A DNA stretch of 54,826 bases, counting the filler, from Thelocarpon superellum (Eukaryota): NCBI GenBank assembly GCA_026025795.1. It is 2 parts of 2 records of this genome, joined end to end, with 100 filler letters (N's around TTAATTAATTAA, not from the genome) between each part and the next. Parts side by side here need not be neighbours in the genome. Positions count along the whole stretch, not along the records: positions 27,486 to 54,826 come from JAPEUG010000248.1; 1 more part is not named here. One strand, written 5' to 3'. Position numbers and translations under genes: made by a program. The notes under the pieces are model-generated. The model was not told the origin of the DNA, made no database searches, and was given only the letters and a program-made list of their open reading frames with translations. Below are positions 50,353-54,826 of the stretch, one piece after another (within the stretch, counting starts at the first letter, position 1; the number at the start of each line of letters is the position of its first letter).

Positions 50353-52378
50353 ATGCAGCGGCCCTCTAAGAAGGCGAAACTGATGCTGGACTCTGCCTCC
50401 TCGGAGAGTGAGGACGCCGTGGGCAACGGAAACGGCGTAGTGGAGGACGGCGTTATCGAGGAGGCGGGATTCAAGATCAACCAGGAGTTCGCTCGACGAT
50501 TCGACCATAACAAGAAAAGAGAGGAGCTCCACCGACGTGAGCACGATTGCATGCTATGTCCGTTTCTTCGAATGCTGACCGCTGGTCATTTCAGTGGAGG
50601 AGAAATACGGAAAGGGCTCGGCCGGGGGGCACTTTCGAGCCTCGAGAACCAGGGACGACGGTAAAGATCAGCAGGAGAGCGATGACGATTCGTCCACGTC
50701 CGAAGAAGAAGATGACGAGGCCTTCTTGGCCACTGAACAGCTGGACGCCGAGATTTCGGCGACCTTGGCGGCCATCAAGTCCAAAGACCCGCGCGTCTAC
50801 GATGAGAAGGTCACCTTCTACGCCGAGCTTGCCGAGGATGCCGCTCCACTAGGGACGGGAACAGACAAGGTGGGTAAGGAGAAGCCGATGTACTTGAGCG
50901 ATTACCATCGCAAGATGCTGCTGGACGGGCCAGCCCGGGCGGAGGAAGATGCGACACCACCTACCTACGCACAGGAACAAAACGCGCTACAACGAGACGT
51001 CATCCAGCAAATGCACGCGGCCGCCGATGCTCAGAATGGATCCGGGGAGGAGACCGCGGACAACGGCGGCGAAGCGGATGATTTCCTGACCGTCAAACAC
51101 CAGGGCGAAAAGCGCGGGGCCAGGCCATCACATCCTCCGCGGGCCAAAGCGCCGGAGGTGCCGGTGGCGCTGGCCGACAACGACCCTGAGTCCTTCTTGT
51201 CGAACTTCATGGCGGCGCGAGCCTGGCGTCCCGCTCCCGGCTCACGCTTTCAGCCGTTCGAATCGGATGACGAGGAGGAGGAGGAGCGAGCCGAAGTGTT
51301 TGAAGAAGCCTACAATCTCCGCTTCGAGGATCCGCAGACGGCGAACGAGAAGCTCATGTCGCACGCTCGAGATGCCATCGCCAAACACTCGGTGCGGCGG
51401 GAAGAAGCAAGTGGGAGGAAGAAAGTGCGGCAGGGCCAGCGAGAGAAGAAGGAGGCCGAGAAGCAGCAGAGAGACGAGGAGAAGGCACGCTGGCGTCGAC
51501 TCAAGATTGACGAGGTGGAGGCGCGGGTGCAACGGATCAAGGAGGCGTCCGGCTTGAGAGGAACGAGCATCGACCTGGCGCAGTGGAGAGACTTCCTTGA
51601 CGGCAACTGGGACGGGCAGGAGTGGGAGCAGGAGATGGCGCGACGATTCGGCGAGGACTACTACAACGTCGCAGCAGACGACGTCTCGGCCGGGTCCGGA
51701 GGCACCAAGAAGCCCCGGAAGCCCAAGTGGGACGATGACATTGACATTCGCGACCTGGTGCCGGATTTTGACGAAGATGCTGCCGACGATCGACCACCCT
51801 TCACCCTGGCAGATGCAGAAGACGAGAACGCAAGGGAGGACTACGTGAACGAGGACGAGGACGAGGACGAGGACGGCACCGCTCCGAAGCGGAAACAGGG
51901 CAAAGACCGGGCGGCTGAACGCAGCGAGAAGAAGCGAATGGCACGTCACGAGCGGCGGGCGATCGAAGCCTTGGTCGATGACCGGATGGACCTGGACCCA
52001 GCCGGCGCCTCCAGCTCGGGTCGTGCCTCTCGCTTCCCGTACCGGGAAACGTCGCCCGTGACGTACGGACTCACGCCTCGTGACATTCTGATGGCGTCGG
52101 ATAGCCAATTGAATCAGTACGCCGGTCTGAAGAAGCTGGCCACCTTTCGCGATACGGAGAAGAAGCGCAAGGACAAACGACGGCTGGGCAAGAAAGCACG
52201 CTTGCGACAATGGCGCAAGGACACCTTTGGCCATGAAGACGGGCCATCAGAGGACATGCTCGGCCAAGTCATTGGCACCGGAGCCAACGCGGACGGAGAC
52301 ACGACCAAGTCCGAGTCGAAGACGAAGAAGAAGAGAAAACGGTCGAACAGGGGCAAGGGCACGTCAGGGGACGCTTGA
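50353..52378 (+). CDS. KRI1: Kri1 ribosome biogenesis factor
   Basis: FKINQEFARRFDHNKKREELHR|LEEKYG, KSKDPRVYD, FEEAYNLRFEDP, FPYRETSPVTYGLTPRDILMASDSQLNQYAGLKKLATFR; intron ~50537-50594. Confidence 0.94.
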
Positions 52379-53142
52379 CGAGCCCAAGATCGATCACCGG
52401 CATGGGATGTGGCACTCACCATCCATGTAGACATACCATACCTTACGAGTAAACCCCGCTCTCATCTTGATCCCACTGTAGCTCAAGCTGTCCGTTGAAG
52501 ATCGAGCCTCAATCGACTGCGACGCTCGGTTGTCCCGACGACAAGGATGAAGCGGTGCATTTGCCCTGACGCGAAGGTGTGTGAAGGGGTGAAGGAGTGG
52601 GAGTAGTTCCCGAATACAAGGATTAGCTAGCGGGTGGAAGGTCCTGTGCCTAAGCGAGCGACACGAGCCAAAGGAACACCGTCCACCGTGCCATCAAGCT
52701 TTGTACTCGTCGATCGTTGCGAGAGCGACAGGGACGGTGACAGAGACCCGAGATCTAACTCACCACCTCGATTGATCGAGTAGACGACCGGCACCATTGA
52801 CTAGATGTCCCAACCAACACTCATCGTAGCAAAGAGAAGGCCCTCAGAGGTAGATCCGGCCGGCCAGATTCTTGGAGAGGCTGAGCCGGCGGTGATGAAC
52901 CGGTCGGCATAAAGGAGCGAGCGTCACCTCTCAGGATAGCGGCTAGCTGTGGAAGTACGGGTAGAGAGCCGCGACGAAAAAAGGCCGGGTGTCAAGCGCC
53001 AAGACTCGGGCCGACCGGAGCGTTCGGTGGATGGGACTCGTGCGGTATCCCGTACCCGTACCGTAAGGTGTGCTGAGCCAGGTTCGAGATTTTGCCGAAG
53101 GTCTCCCGGCTGCTGGACCGTTGGCTGGTTGCTGGGTGCTGT

Positions 53143-53170
53143 CGGTCGCGGTCGCGGTCGCGGTCGCGGC
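53143..53170. repeat. (CGGTCG)n hexamer repeat upstream of the ADP/ATP carrier gene
   Basis: gtcggtcgcggtcgcggtcgcggtcgcggc seen directly. Confidence 0.7.
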
Positions 53171-53442
53171 CGCACTATTGGCACCAACGAGTAGCCGAAA
53201 AATCCGCTCAACTAACAATAATCCTCACCGGTCTGCCGTCGGACTACTTTTGTCCTGCTTGCTGCGACGACCGTCTTCCAGTCCCCACAGATCTCCACTC
53301 CACTACTTCATCTCCCTCCGTCTCGCACCTCACCTGCTCATCTCATCCATCGCACGCCCGCGGCATCGTCCATCTCCGCTTTCCCCTCCATCGTCCCATC
53401 ATCTTCGTCGCTCGGCGTATCCGTGCCTCGTAATCTGTCAAG

Positions 53443-54826
53443 ATGTCGGGCGATCAGGCTAAAAAGTCCTTCATGGGCATGCCCGTAAGTCAGCCCCCCG
53501 ATCTCCACCACCTCCGGCCCTTCCCTCGCGTCCGTTGATGGCGCACTTGGTCCTCCTCGAGGCCAGCCCCATCACGAATCTGTACACATTGCCATGGTGA
53601 ACTCCATGGGAAGGCCCTCGGCGCCGCGGCCGTCCGTGAAGCTCCTCCGACATTTGGCCGTGGCCCGTGTCTTATATCACCCATCAGGGACATTGGCTAA
53701 TCCGCTCTAATTGCGCAGGGCTTCGTGGTCGACTTCCTCAGTATGTGACCAATCGATCCCCGTCCTGGCCGGCACCGACCCTATCGGCTCGGATTGCCGC
53801 CCGCGGTGAAGCTTGTGAACCTCCGCGACTGACTCGCTGCTACAGTGGGAGGTGTGTCCGCCGCCGTATCGAAAACCGCCGCTGCTCCCATCGAGCGTGT
53901 CAAGCTCTTGATCCAGAACCAGGTAAGAACAATGATGGCGTCCCGGCTGCGCCGACCATACGTGTGACGTGCAATACTCATGCGGCGGCGATGATAGGAT
54001 GAGATGCTCAAGTCGGGTCGTCTGGACCGAAAGTACAATGGGATCGGGGACTGCTTCCGTCGCACCATCGCCGACGAGGGCTTCGTGTCGCTGTGGCGTG
54101 GTAACACGGCCAACGTGATCCGATACTTCCCGACGCAGGCCCTGAACTTCGCCTTCCGCGACACGTACAAGTCCATGTTCGCCTTCAAGAAGGAGCGCGA
54201 TGGCTATGCCAAGTGGATGGCCGGTAACCTGGCATCGGGTGGTGTACGTGATTCCGGCCCCTGTACTGCCTCGTGGCCGGTGTGACTGACTCCCTAGCAC
54301 AGGCTGCCGGTGCGACGTCGCTGCTCTTCGTCTACTCGCTCGACTACGCCCGTACCCGTCTGGCCAACGACGCCAAGTCGGCGTCCAAGGGCGGCTCGCG
54401 CCAGTTCAACGGCTTGGTCGATGTCTACAAGAAGACGCTTGCGTCGGATGGCATTGGCGGCCTCTACCGTGGTTTCGGGCCCTCGGTCCTGGGTATCGTC
54501 GTGTACCGTGGTCTCTACTTCGGCATGTACGATTCCATCAAGCCCGTCATCCTCGTTGGCGCCCTTGAGGGGAACTTCCTGGCCTCCTTCGCCCTCGGAT
54601 GGGCCGTCACCACCGGTGCCGGTATCGCCTCGTACCCGCTTGACACCGTCCGTCGTCGCATGATGATGACGTCGGGCGAGGCGGTCAAGTACAAGTCGTC
54701 CTTTGATGCCGCCCGACAGATTATCGCCAAGGAGGGCGTCAAGTCGCTCTTCAAGGGTGCCGGTGCGAACATCCTCCGTGGTGTCGCCGGTGCCGGTGTG
54801 CTCTCCATCTACGACCAAGCGCAACT
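53443..54826 (+). CDS. AAC2: Mitochondrial ADP/ATP carrier; 3' end runs off the window
   Basis: [50 protein letters not shown]...[21 protein letters not shown]...[15 protein letters not shown] signature; four introns. Confidence 0.97.

Noticed and set aside
51242..52234. 330-aa hydrophobic minus-strand ORF
   Set aside because: Mirror of the Glu/Asp/Lys-rich KRI1 codons.
53485..53718. Long first intron of the ADP/ATP carrier as a snoRNA or nested-intron host
   Set aside because: No convincing C/D or H/ACA box arrangement and no internal donor-acceptor pair found by eye; a covariance-model search would be needed.

Overview
Gene-dense, GC-rich, intron-containing DNA from a filamentous ascomycete (Pezizomycotina-like). 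The splice signals are GT..CTRAY..YAG. About 25 loci were reconstructed by hand. Most are housekeeping genes: RPS10, SDE2, GEP3, MRP49, GET2, SEC31, a Cyp33-like RRM protein, COX12, homocitrate synthase, a Y-family polymerase, a dynactin p62 3' fragment, RPS7, VAM7, BIM1/EB1, an F-box/WD40 protein, a PMC1 Ca2+-ATPase, SIP3/LAM1, KRI1 and the ADP/ATP carrier. A 100-nt artificial linker (N44-TTAATTAATTAA-N44) at 27386-27485 joins two contigs, so adjacency across it is unproven. No CRISPR array, tRNA/rRNA gene, intact transposon or biosynthetic cluster was recognised, and I cannot support a wholly new multi-gene system. The best leads are: two 3-nt microexons (MRP49, COX12); a start codon split by an intron (RPS10); a secreted M35 protease homologue that has lost its zinc ligands; a small secreted X-Pro/X-Ala propeptide gene; PxIxIT-like calcineurin docking motifs at both ends of PMC1, plus Crz1-like promoter sites; and three non-housekeeping genes with single disrupting lesions (RNase T2, a membrane protein, a DUF6594-like gene). 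All family assignments come from motif recognition, not database searches.
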